DNA of 63,786 nt, filler included, from Reticulomyxa filosa (GCA_000512085.1; 17 parts of 17 records of this genome joined end to end with filler, not necessarily neighbours in it), one strand, 5' to 3'. Counted from the whole stretch's first letter, positions 36,610 to 50,800 are shown. Program-made: numbers and translations. The notes: generated by a model not told the origin, from the letters alone.

Positions 36610-39489
36610 TTAATACATTTTTGTTTTTATTAGTGTTTCTTTATCCTTTTTAACAAATGGCAGGCCATTGTTAACAGTATATGATATTGCAAATTTAATT
36701 GTATTTACTCCTTGGTCTTCTTTAAAAAGAAACATACAAAATAAGTTGATATGATGATTGCAACAACGTCTTTCTAAATATTTATTCATTTTCTCTTTGT
36801 ATTTTTGTTCATTGTTATCTTGAAATTTCCATTGTTCAAATTCAAACAATGATTCAATTGTTTTATCAATATCTCCGTGAAAACAACTAAGTGCAACATA
36901 AATAAGATTTAAATCAATGGAATGACTCCATGTTGCACTTATTTGCATAGTTTGTCGAATATACTGATCATATTGTACCCACGTCAATAATATCATCTGT
37001 GTATATTCATCTTCACTCTCTACTTTTGCGTTCCATGCAAATTCTTTTTTATGTATTTTCTCATCTTTAGCAAAATGTATATAAGATCTTGCAAACAAAA
37101 TTTCACGTTCATGTTTGAATGGAGATATCCATGACACATCACAACTAGGAATGTTAAGTGCTCTTCTCATAGAAGGATGAAAATGTAAAATACATCCTTG
37201 ATCACTTCTATACATTTGTGCAACTTCAATATCATCAGAAGTACTTACATGACTTATGAAAAACCCTGATTTTATTTCTTTTTCAATATTCTCAAATCTC
37301 ACATTTTTCAATCCACAATATAACTCCATTTCACTTTCTTCTCTTCTTTCATGTTTATGCAAAATACGTATAGCTTCCCACAAATAAAAATCCAAATAAG
37401 GCCATAAATGATGTCTAAATTGTATTTGATCATAACTGAATTGAACATTACATGATTTACCACAATACATTAAAATTGCACAAATATGAAATAATTGAAG
37501 TGGATATCCCATCTGTTTATGAATATCATCATGATACAATATCTTCAATTCATTTAATATTGTTAATATTTTGTCATTTAATATCAATTCACTATTTTCA
37601 TCTTTTTCATTATAATTTATTTGTTGTTTAATATTGTCATGCCATTGTTTTTCTTCTTTTTTATTTGTGGACTTACGTGTGACCAAGTCATGCAAATAAT
37701 CATTTTTTATCGCTTCATGAAATAATTTCTCCAAGTTATTGCTCCTTATCACCTTTATATTTACTGCATCTTGAATGACTTTGAGTTTGTGTAAATCACA
37801 TTCATACAATAATGGATTGAATTTAGGTTTTTGATTTGATGGGATAAACTCAATATCTAAATCAGCACTCTTTGGTAAATTGTCTCTTTCTATACCAACT
37901 GTGCGTTTATATGGTACCATGAAATATTGTTTTATTTCCCAATATACTTGAATAATTGGATAATGAGGAAGATGTTTGTAAATATCATGTAATAGTACAT
38001 CCGAGTCATTTACTTTTGATGATATTGCTGGTTTACATTTATCAACATCACATTCGAATAATATTAATTCATCTTTTCCGTCTATAAAATGACTTCTTAT
38101 TTGTAATTTATTTTTAAGATATTGTATCCCTTGTTTGAAAGTGATTGAATATGGATTCAATGGCTCTTTGTGTGTTCTATTATCTTTATCTTTCCATATG
38201 ACATGAAAAGAGTTGAATTCCTGTGTGTTTGAAATTGTAAGTGTAACAATTCAACGATTAACAAATAATTGATAATTGATAAAAACATTTTTTCATTAAC
38301 TGATACACAATTTGATAAATCATCTCTATCAATTGTATCCATTGTGCGGAAGTGCCAAGTATGATTAAGAATGAGACAGGCCCATTTGGTACATGTATTA
38401 TTGACATCATTAAAATCATTATACCATTGAATATGAACATTGAATTCCAATGATGATTTGTTTGGATTTCCAACTTGCAATGGTTTTATTTTTAGTTTGT
38501 TTTCATTAAATAGCATTATTGTTCGATGTTGATAATCAAATAAAATACAATAATCTCTCCATTTTCCATTTGACAACATACATACTCTTCTTGTGATATT
38601 ATATCTTGTCTTATATCTAATTAAAATGGGTGGGATTATATCATTATGTCATTTATATCATTTATTTATTAAAATAACAAAAAAAAAAATAAAAAAAATA
38701 TGCAACAAAATACATGGTTTGACTATTAATCACTTTTTGATAACAATTCCATAAATGTGATGCGTGAATCTCATCATATTGATAATACCAATTACCATCA
38801 TTTCCTTTTTTGAATCCAAAGTGTTGTAAATATAATTCCATACCTATGAACATTTGTTCAAAGTTTATATCCAATGAATGACATTTCTGAAATAAATAGT
38901 TGTATAAAACTTGTTTGTGAATTTGACGATATTTGATTTGTTTAGGATATTTCAAAATATTCCACAAAATATGCAAACATATTTCTCGAGATATTTTTAT
39001 TTCATTTTCTTCTTTCAACCTATCATTTTTTTTTTTTTTTTTGTTTTATTTTACACTTATTTTTTTTTATTTTATTTTTTATTCACATTTAACTCATTCA
39101 AGTTGGAAGTTGCACAAATATATTGCAATTTCTCGTATGCATCAACAAAAATTCGATTGCAATTTTTCCATGTTTGTGATATTGTTGTTTTTTCAAATAT
39201 ACCACCAAAACTTTTGAACAAATTCAGTAAATGATGTTGTTGTTGTAAATTTGTGCTGTGTTAAAAATATGAATTGTAATTTGTTAACAAACATGTTAAT
39301 AATGTGTTTTGTCTATTTAAAAAAAAAAAAAAGAGAAAAGAAAAAACTAGAATTTTATTGTTACGTGTTCTCTGTCAGCCAAGTTAAGACAGTCTTAGTC
39401 TCTTCAGCATTTTTATCAAACCATTTCAACACAGCTGAAATGATCTCTTCGCCTATCTTGGGGAATGTTCGTTGAAATTGTGTAAGCAT
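36610..39489 (-). CDS. CUE/PUB/Ubl-like/UBA-like protein with an R-S-E-clade ADP-ribosyltransferase domain (at least 5 exons)
   Basis: Phase-consistent exons 39489-39365, 39255-39094, 39019-38714, 38616-~38301 and ~38221-36610. CUE: FQRTFPKIGEEIISAVLKW. PUB: LHILWNILKYPKQIKYRQI...FGF. ART: LYCG / STS / ISPFKHEREILF. C-terminal IDLNLIYVALSCFHGDIDKTIESL. Further 5' exons are possible. Confidence 0.8.
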
Positions 39490-42400
39490 GACGATGAAAT
39501 GATTATTTATCAACTCTTACAAAGTTTAAAAAGGGATTTTGTTTTGATTACCCGTGTTAATGTTGACGAAGTGTTTTAAGTTTAACTTTTTTAAAAAAGG
39601 TGATGTAACAGAAGAAGCATTTCGGAAATGCAAAGTACACAATAATCTATGTTATATGTTACTTTAAAACAATCTATTGTCCACCTCAAAATAATCTTAC
39701 CAATAGTAACAATATATTCTTAGTTTAAATATTTATACTTAGAATTTGGACTAACCAACTTACCAATGATATTTGTGTTGGCATTTCTTTTTTGTTTTTT
39801 CTTTTGGGATCAAAAACAAAAATAATAAAAAAATACTTAATTAAACTTATTGGATGTTTCCAGCATTTGATATGCATTATTCTCCTTTATTATTTACATG
39901 TACAACATCTAAAAACTTTGGGAAGCTGCGACAAAGCGCAGCTTGAATAAAAACATTGTCGAGGCAGATTCATCTGAAGAATGATGCGTTGGCAGAGTGC
40001 ATTTATCTCAATAGATTACCCAACACAAATACATCCTACTTTTTCCTCCTTTTTGTTCAAAGAAAAAGCCTCGCAGTTAAGTGAGGTTTTTTGATTTTTA
40101 ATTTGTGATATTGTGTTGAAAGATAACACAACCAATTCTCAATCCATGCTTATCTTAATAGTATTAAGCCACACGCACTTCAGTTCCACTTTTTTAAAAT
40201 TAACTAGTTCGAATTTGTATGAACGTTCCAAACCAAAAAAAAAAAAAAACTTCATTTTTTTAAAAACTGNNNNNNNNNNNNNNNNNNNNNNNNNNNNNNN
40301 NNNNNNNNNNNNNTTAATTAATTAANNNNNNNNNNNNNNNNNNNNNNNNNNNNNNNNNNNNNNNNNNNNTGTCTAGTCCTTTCGTGAGTTTGTTATTTTT
40401 GAGACGTTTAATGGCAGGCACTGCAACCAACACAATGCTGTTGTTTTCACAGTACCGTCTAAAGCACTTAAGTTCAGTGAATCTGGGCCCTGCATCATGT
40501 TGTCGAGCAGCGCAAAGCAAAAAAACCTAATATAAGATTTAATATAGCTCCGTTACTCTCGATCCTAGGGGGAGAGTTTCAAAAAATTGTTTCTTTGGCT
40601 TGCGGTCCGTCTGCTTCGTTGACATTTTCATTTATTAATTATGTCAAAAAAAGTAACTGAACACTAGTTTACGCTCCAAATGACACTCTATCTCTAATAT
40701 TTACCACTTTCCAAGTATGTGTGATTACATTGGTAGAAATGTTGTTCAATTTAAGACATATATAACCTTAAGGAATTAATTTTGTTTTTTGACTTGTTTT
40801 ATGTTGATCAAACATTAATTACTTTTTAATGTATTCGTTAGTGATAACATTTGAATTATTACTTAAGTTGTTTGGAGTTTATTGAAAGATAGACTGTTAT
40901 GTTACTTTTTGCACATTTCGCAAGCTTTTCGATTTTCCTTTATGTAAACTTTTTTTACGATAAACATGGCAACACAGTTTTGTAAAAGTGTATTGAATGA
41001 AAAAGTAGAATTGGTAGCAATACTTGAAATTTGCAAAAAAAAAATCCAATTAATGAAAAAGTTTTTGGAGCAAGTTAAACAAATTTGATTTTTAATAACA
41101 ATTATATAAAAGAGGTGTTGAAAGCCATTAAAAAGAAAATTACCCATTGTATGAAGTTGAAAGAAGGAAGGTTAATGTCCAGGAAATCTACCTTCAAAAT
41201 TCCAGACACCAACTACTATATTATTCCTGACAGCAACAATGAAATCAAAAGTGCATTGTGGGTGTAAGAAGGAGGGACAAGTGCGAGTTGCACTTTTGTG
41301 CCAATATTCAACATATCATTTTCAATGTCATTGGAAATCATTCCATAGCCATTGACACAAGAGAAGTATCATTTTATCATTTCCAATAGTGTCGTTCCAC
41401 GTCATCCTTTTCCCCTCCAAATCTTCTTCATGCTGACCATTCGCAGAAGACTGAAGCAAATAATTGGGGACATATTTGCGAATCACCTGAGTAGTGGTCG
41501 GTTCATTTGGCTTTGTTTTCAATGTTTGATTTCCAGCATCCGACAACATTGAGAGCATATTTAACCGAGTCTTCGAATTGGAGTTGACCGATCAAATCAT
41601 GGTAATACTCTTTCGCAATTGCTTTTGCCCACTCGATCGCCCTCTCACTTTCCCGCACTGATCCATACAGCTCAAATCCTTTCTAAATGCAAAGTCTGTC
41701 TGCATTTATTTACCAAAAACTGTAGCATTTCAATCATCTTTGTTTTTCCCGCGGCACCTTCCACTTTGAATGCCTATCGGACTTTCACTCGTTTTGCGCA
41801 AGTCATTCANNNNNNNNNNNNNNNNNNNNNNNNNNNNNNNNNNNNNNNNNNNNTTAATTAATTAANNNNNNNNNNNNNNNNNNNNNNNNNNNNNNNNNNN
41901 NNNNNNNNNATTGTTTTTTGTTCACGAAATTTTTGATTTTTGAACTTTCTTTCGTGATCGACTTAAACTGATACTAATTGGCACTTTTCCAGCTTCAACA
42001 CACTTGGTCCAAGATTCAAAAATCTTGATCAATTGGGTCATCCTTTTCATCGTTCAATTTGTGGTGAAAGACTAACATTGTCCGTTCTTAATTAATGGAA
42101 GAATAGATGATGAATGCTTAATATTGCATTGTCTTTCATGAGCGCGCAAATGCTAATATATTCAGTTATTTTCATAGCAAATTATAATTCTTGAGCAAAT
42201 AATTGAACGTCAGGTTTATCTATTTTTTTGTTTAATGCAAATTTCGATTGAAACTTTTCTAAAAGTGATAGTGTCCAACTACTTGCTTCGCCATTACTAC
42301 TAAATAATATTCGCCATAACCTCTATCCCGAAGTGCAGGCAAAAGTACATGGACCAAAAACATATTACAATCGTCCTCAAACAAATCAAATGTTCAAACG

Positions 42401-44462
42401 GAATGAAAAGTTTCAAATTAAGCGAAATAGTTTAAATTTCATTAAAGTTGTAACAGCGAATTTCGAAAGTTCCGATCCCATCAGGAAATGTTCTATTCTG
42501 CATCATTACAGGCAATCTTTTTAAATGATTGTGTGCTTAAAAAAAAAAATTAGCCAAAACTACGGCGAAAATAAAAGTTCATTAACATGCAAGGGTTGCT
42601 GGACTTATTTTGCAATTTGATTGCTCGTCTTGGATTTCCTCTGAACTCCACAGAGGCGAGTGGGGCAAAGATATAACTGATGCACTTTCTATATCATCAA
42701 ACAATTTTAATTGAAATTGTCGCATTAAAGTTGAAGCTTGAATGTTATTTGTTTGTAAATTCACTTTTGCAAAAAAAATATATCAGGTTACAATATTAAT
42801 CTTTGATATTTGTGGTCGGAAAGTTGTAAGTCTCTGAATTGCATTCAGAGAGAATTACAACTCGTTCGTAATCCATTTTGAGATATTCTTTCATCCAATG
42901 CGTTCAGGATCTTATCTTGGGTCGGTTCCAGATTTATTGAATGTGATACTTTTGCAAAAGACTTGAAAGAATATAAAGAATTGAAGAAACTGGATTGGAA
43001 CATGTTTCCAATGAATAACTGACCACCATTTTGATCATTTATGAGATTCCACAACAAAATGTTGAAGTGTTTTTTCTTTGACCGTTTCTTCGATCGTTGC
43101 TTGTATCGGATTAAAAAAAAAAAAAAAATTTTTAACCCCATTCATCATTAATTTCAACTTAGCTAAAAAAGTTGTTTNNNNNNNNNNNNNNNNNNNNNNN
43201 NNNNNNNNNNNNNNNNNNNNNTTAATTAATTAANNNNNNNNNNNNNNNNNNNNNNNNNNNNNNNNNNNNNNNNNNNNAAAAAAAAAGTTATTAAAAAACC
43301 AATATCATATTTAAAAACTATAAGATTTGTAGATATTTTTAAAAAAAAAAATTAGGTCTAAATGTTGATTTTTCATGGAGAAAATCAATTATCATCATAG
43401 GATATCGTTTTAGGCGTTCAGTTTTCTTTGCAACATACTGTATTTGAAAATAGTTCATAAATTATAACATTAGTTAAAATAATTATTTACTTATCAGTAA
43501 TTAAAAACATTTAAATATGTATACATCCGACGTTATGTATGATTTGATTCATTTATGACTATGCATAACATTTTTTTAAAAAATTGCAAAATTTGAAAAA
43601 ATCAACAAAAGAAATATGTAAAAATTAAACAATTTTAAATAAATAAAAATACTAGTTATTTCATAATTTCAAGCCTGAATTGTTTCGTTTTATTGTTTGT
43701 ATTTGCAGAGAATATATTTGGGGCGAATTGAAAACTTTGTATTTTAAGATACAAAACCGGCATGCCAATTATATCATCACATTGTAAAATGCGATGCAAT
43801 ATGACAATCCTGCAAACAACTTCGCCGACAGATACGAACACACTCCAAACTCCAATGTAACTGCAAATGCCGAATGGCATAGATTTTGTGGTATTTGTGA
43901 CAAGACCTAACTTCGAGACTGGGTTCACAGGAAAAGTGATTATTTTTTGTTCATTTTTTTATTTTTCATTTTTTTTCTTTCAAAATCTTTTTATTAATGA
44001 TGTGATCGAATGTATAAGTTACGTATACACATAAACAAAAAAAAGTAAACTTTTTAATTGTTTGAATCAAATGTCACATTGATCTTTGCTGATATATGTG
44101 GTTTGATTGTTACTGCTATAACACCAACATGTGGAAAGAAATTCTTACAAACATTCCACTACAAACGCAGGTTTACGCTATTGGAAGATTCAAAGACATT
44201 GAGGAGACAATAACAACATTGGTTCGCTCTGGTTATGTACTGTTACGCTTATATAGCTGACCTAAAAAAATTGCAAAAGTATGAATTACTTATGTAAAGT
44301 TTTAAAGATAGTACAAACGTCTATTGGCATTTCAAAATACAACGGACCAGAATGAAAACTTGGCGATGTAAATGACAGCTGTAAGATAACTAACTTTTGA
44401 GCAAGTAAAAAAAAGGTTCTTTTTTTTTAAGTAGTTGTGACTGTTTCGCAACTTCGCCAAAG

Positions 44463-46500
44463 ATGAATGAAAATTTCAAGTTTTCCACTTTATTCATTAC
44501 CCTTTTAATTGCGCTGATTCCTTTCTTTATTTTGGATAAACTAAAAACTCAAGATGGTAATGAAGTGTCTCGCAAACGCGACGTGAATTATACAAGAAAA
44601 CACAAGTCGTTGAAGAGACTTGGTACAACATATGGTCTGCAATGCCTACAATAAGAAAGTTGCGTGTTATATATTTTGTGTGGTGCAAAAAAACTGATAA
44701 ATGGCCAAGCCAATTAAAATGCACAAACGGAGTGATTGTAAGAGATAAATAAAAAACAATATAAACAACTTACTATTATAAATACGTAAGGACGAGGACA
44801 TCGAAGGAGGACTAGAAAATATACATTTGCAGATGTGCCAAAATCCGGTCCAATTGATATCAGTGAACTAGCGAATGAAGTGGATCAAACACAGCTGAAG
44901 AAAATGACGAACGAACACTTGACGCATGAATGGTTGCACGAGGATCAATTAATGTTGTTGGAATTATGGTATAGATTTGGAAAAGCATTTCCAAGAAAAG
45001 TGTACGGCGCGGGATTACTTACGTTTTGTAATTTTCATTTGAGAACATAAAAATATCGTCACTATCAATCTTTTTTTCTTTGGTTTTATTAAAAATCAAA
45101 ACATTCAAAAAAAACTTTGGATTAAAGAGCAAGAAATCGTGACCTTCATACATTTTATTTGTTTTGTTATGCTCAAGAATTGATTGAAAAAAAAATAAAC
45201 AAAACACAAAAAAATGTCATGTTGTTTGATGATGTTGGGATAACATAGTCTTGAGAAGTAAATCAATGTGTCCAAAGTTTTTGCAAATGGCCGAAGTGAA
45301 ACTAGACTGAAAGTACAATTTAAGCAATCCAACAATACAACAGTACCAGGAAAAATACACTTAGGAAAATGTGGTAAAGGTATTAGGGACAGAAAATGCG
45401 GATAATGAAATAATATCAGAACATTTGTGGTTGCCGTTTGAATATGACAAACGAATATCATGTGACAATAGAAAAGGCATTATTGGACGTCGGAAGATTT
45501 AGAAGCAGAAGGTCCAAAACGATATGTAGAAATTCCAGATGACAAATTGGACCAAAGCTTAAGCTATGTATTGTACCCAAAGATGTACTTATTTTGGTCA
45601 AAAGAAAGCGAAACATTACCAAGACTGTCAATACAAATACAGATACGGATACTGACTATTCATCTGGTGCTTGTACGACAATGCAGCAAATGCAAACAAT
45701 AGTGACAATAAGACCAACAATAACAATAATAAATGAATTGAAAAATCAATTTATGAGAACAACAAAAAAAGTACAACCGAAAGAAATAGTATGAAGCTTT
45801 TATTCGCTTTGTTGGCAAAGAGGGTACAGAGAACACTGTCAAGGTATTTGAACGATGAGAAGAAGTGATAACAATGAGTAATTATTAGATACTTTAAGTC
45901 ATACACAAAAGGGGCTTATCGACAATGACCAAACTTTTCATAACAAAGTTATTCCAGTGGATACTCGATTGTGTAATTTGTGCAATACTTGTTTCATGAA
46001 CTCGAACATTCAATGCTTGGCCCAATATTAACACGTGGCATAGTATTTTTTGAGCGAAGACTATGTTCACAATATCAAGTACACTATGCTGAAAAGGCAA
46101 AGAGGTTCAGTTATTGCAGAACATGTTTAGCAACAAGTACATAGTCGTTGCGCTAAGAGAATTCAAAGATACAATTGCTATAATGTATTGAAAAGCGTAT
46201 CAAATATATTCTTGTTAAACAAATAAGATACAAAAACATCATGAAATAAAATACGTTTGTGGTTTTCCTCAATATATTCGTGTGATACTTCCAACAAAAT
46301 AGACAAGAGTTGTTGTCCTTTTTGTTGGATGGTTTGCACGAAGATTGGTCAAGTCGAACGGTCGTCCCGATAATGTGATGGCAGCAGATGCATGACGTAC
46401 ATACTTGAAACCAACGTTTCTATCGTTGTCGATTTGTTATAAGGCAAGTGTAGATCAAATTTGATCACTATATGTTCTTGATCATGAATTTGTCAACTGA
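44463..46500 (+). pseudogene. Ubiquitin-specific protease (DUSP-USP, USP4/11/15/32-like) pseudogene
   Basis: DUSP-like SGPIDISEL...LLELWY, Cys box LCNLCNTCFMNSNIQCLAQ (45969) followed by a stop, QELLSFLLDGLHED (~46300), and GRPD...SIVVDLL*GK. Many stops and frameshifts. Confidence 0.82.
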
Positions 46501-47858
46501 AAGATACAAAATGCTGAAATTTACATGTGTTAGTGACGACGTAAGTATCAATATATATTTATTTAGTAACAGTTATTTGTTTTTATATCTTGAAATTAAA
46601 CTGGAATTCGATGAATGCTATTTTTACAAATAGATGCCGAAAGTGTATAATATTTCGATGTTGAAAAGAGTAATTGCAAAACAACTTGATTTTTATAATA
46701 ATAGTCTTTTATGTGCTATGTTTGAAGATACAATATGAATTAATATAACATATACTATATTTGTAATTTCGAATGCAAGAATTAAAATTTTATTACAAGT
46801 TTATTCGATATAATAGAAGCTAACTGATCACAATATGATAATGTCATATCAATTATGGAACATAAATCATGATATTAAAAGTGATTTAAAGAAAGTCGGA
46901 TAGTGAAATTATTAAATATCATATATTCACTAATATGAAATTTGTATTCTAAGTGTACATGATTATCGATATTTACAACAGAACAAATTACTAAACTATT
47001 GCAAAATTTCCAGTTACAATTTGAAAATTAATATCAATTACAATAATTAAATTGCAATTTCTTATCTAATGAATAGTAACAATAATTATATGTGATATTT
47101 GTCAATAATTTAAATAGTTTAATTAAATTAATGACATAAATAGATGGACTAGTTGATTGTAAATTTTATGTGAATGCGATCCAAAACAAATACAAAACTT
47201 TCATGTTACTCAATATCAACTAATTCATCAAGATGAAGTAGAACATGTTGAACAATTCAACAAATTAGAAATAAGATATAAAATCTGAAACAAGAGGCAA
47301 ACTTGTCAATGAATTTGCAAAGTTTGCTGCTGGAAGGAAAATTTGTACTTTCGTTTGACATGTTGAGTTGACAGATATATGAAATTTTACTGTACACGAG
47401 ATTTTCAACTGGTACATTGTTCTGATGTCTGAATGTGATGTAATGCGTCTTATCAGCTGCAAGTAACATTTTACACTTATTCGATATAATGTCAAATATC
47501 CAAGTTTCCTAGACACGAGTAATTTTTGCTTGAAATATATCATATGGGAATCAAGAAAAAATTCAAGATACTTCACATGATCGATGTATTGGGTCTTATT
47601 CGTTCGAACATTTGCCACTCATTAGATTCCAAGTGTAAATCTTTTGTCTGTCCCTTTGGGATCAAGCTCAAACTATACAAAACTTCAGCAAGTGGTGATG
47701 TCAAATGCTTTGAAAGTTAAATATCAATCAAATTAAGATGGATAAAATTCAACAATATNNNNNNNNNNNNNNNNNNNNNNNNNNNNNNNNNNNNNNNNNN
47801 NNTTAATTAATTAANNNNNNNNNNNNNNNNNNNNNNNNNNNNNNNNNNNNNNNNNNNN

Positions 47859-50800
47859 TCATTTATTTTATGAACATATTCGAGCATGGAAACCTAATAA
47901 CCCATTAGAAGAAGAATTAAAACAAGCAAGCGATGAAACTTTAACAAAAATTAATGATGTAATTTGTGAATGGATTGATGACAAAGGAATACAAAAAATA
48001 GCAAATCGTTACAAATCACATTTGGATATTGGAATATTGAAATCGCCACAACTGCATAAAAAAAGTGAAATAGAAATGAATAATAATATATCATTAAAAA
48101 TGACAAAATTTATATATGAACAACTATGTAAATTCACTCCTGAGAAAATGAAAGGAAAAGCAATTTATGTAATTTTATATGAATATTATAAAAAATATAT
48201 TATTGGAGATAAAAATCCAGCAAGCTGTGCTGATTTTGCATTATTATTGCAAGAATCAAGGAAGCAAGAAATGGAAGAAGATATTGCCATTGCACAAGCA
48301 CTTGAAACATATATTCCATTACAAGCAAATAATTATCCGCATGTAGGTGGAGATGACAATGAAAAAAATGATACATTTGATTGTCATCAACATGTCATTG
48401 AATTTTTGGAAGAAGAAGCATTAGAAAAAAAGAAAAATGAACAAGAAAAAAAATGAAAGTAATGATAATTCAAGGAAAATCAGGATCAGGAAAAAGTATA
48501 TTCTGTCGTCATTTAGAGGAAACATTATGGAATAATTATAATTCAAATTCAAATTCAAAACAATCTATTCCTGTTTATATTTCTTTTCCAAAAGTTTATA
48601 ATAAAAATAATGAAAAAGATATTATCCTACAATCACTACAAGGTAAACATATCAGCAAAGAAATTATGGATGCAATACGTGAAAAAGTATCATTTGTATT
48701 TATTATGGATGGATTTGATGAAATATTCGATTTTTATCGTAAAAGAGATAATGAACAATATTTTTATGATCGATTTAATTTAAATCAATGGAATGCAAAA
48801 GTAATTGTTACTTGTAGAAGCAAAGTATTAAGTGATGAAGATATTAAAACAATTCTAATTGGTATAAATCAAAATCAAACATTAATGACGTATTTATGGC
48901 CATTTACAAAACAACAAATGCATAATTATATTGAAAAATTTGCAAAAATGCAATCCAAAAATGAGAAAAAAAGTGATTATAACAATGATTGGACACCCAA
49001 AAAATATGAAGAAACATTGAACAATTACTCGAATTTACAAAAAATGGTGGAAGAACCATTTCTTCTTCAGCTTATTTTAACTGTATTGCCATCATTGGTG
49101 AAACAATATGGTGCAGGAAATAAAATCTTAAAAGTACAAGTATATGAAGTATTCAATGAACAATGGATTGATATTCATAGTCAAAATATTATTTCCAAAT
49201 TATCAGAATTACGTATTCAAATGAATATTAATAAAATTAAATCTACGTTTAAACGATATTGCCTTGATTTAGGATTTGATATGTTTTATCAAGGAAATCA
49301 AGTTGCAATTGAATCAGAATTTCAATATCAAAATGATGATGGAATTATTTGGAGTAAATCAGATCCGGAACTGGAAAATGAAAATAAAGATGATATTGTA
49401 GAAGAAAAAATAGGAACAAAAACAATACATGAAATTCGTAATAATTCACAAGATATTTGGGAAAAATATTTCAATGGTGACAGTATTGCAAAATATGTAT
49501 TGAGGAGAGTTGGTGATAATAAATATCAGTTTTTACATAGATCGTGTCAAGAATATTATGCAGCACAAAAAATTATATTAGATATTGTTTCGTGGAAACC
49601 AAATATTGTCACTACTGAAAATCAACAATTCCAACAACAATTTGAAATACATGTTCCAAAATTATTTATCAATTATAAATTGTTAAATGAAGAATTGGGA
49701 ATTATTCAATTTATTGCAGAGAGAATACATGACAATAATCCAATATTTGTAAATTTAAAATCAAGATTATTTCGAATCATTGAGTCATCAAAAAATAATG
49801 AAAATGTTAGTATTGCAGCAGCAAATGCAGTCACTATACTCAATTCAGCTAATATTAATATGAATTATCAAAATTGGAATAATGTAAAAATTCCTTATGC
49901 AATTTTAGATCGTGCATTTCTTGAAGGAACTAAGTTTAAAAATGCAAATTTAGATCATGTGCGTTTTCATCAAGCCTGCTTAAATAAGGTCAATTTTACA
50001 AATGCATCAATGAATAATGTTTACTTTGGAGAATATGCAAACTTGGAAGGACATACAGATTCTGTATCGGGTATTCAATTTTCACCTGATGGAACAAAAA
50101 TAATATCTCATTCATATGATAATACTATTCGAATATGGGATACATTATCACGAAAACAATTATACGTATTAGAAGGACATACAAATACAATATTAGCAGT
50201 ACAATTTTTACTTGATGGTTCTAAAATTATATCATATTCTTATGATGCTATTTGTATATGGGATGTATTATCAGGTGAACAAATTAAATTTTTGAAAGGA
50301 AATAAATTGGTTACAGCAGCTTGTTCACTAGATGGTTCTAAGGTTGCAATATATTCATTTGAAAGAACTATCAAAATATTGAGTGTATCATCTGGGGAAC
50401 AACTTCAATTATCAGAACATTCTGATTATGTATCAACAATGCAATTTTCGCCAGATGCTTCCAAAATTGTGACAGGCTCAGAAGATAAAAATATTCGAAT
50501 ATGGGATGTATTTTCTGGGAAACAAATTTTATTATTAGAAGGACATTCTGCTGGGGTAACTGGAGTGTCATTTATATCAAATGGATCAAAAGTTATATCA
50601 TATTCAGAAGATACAACTCTTCGAATATGGGATATATTATCGGGTCAACAAATTTATGTATTAGAAGGACATACAGGTGGTATATATGGAGTTCAACTGT
50701 CATCAGACGACTCAAAAATATTGTCATACTCAGAGGATTCTACTCTTCGATTATGGGATTTGTTTTCTGGAAAACAAATACAAGTATTTGAAGGACATTC

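Noticed and set aside
40370-43177. Broken minus-strand frames on two small contigs
   Set aside because: Probably decayed coding sequence, but no recognisable motif.
48446-48453. Programmed frameshift between the NLR N-terminal domain and NACHT
   Set aside because: It is a single-base discrepancy in an A run. Similar homopolymer slips at about 51580 and 26600 point to sequencing error.
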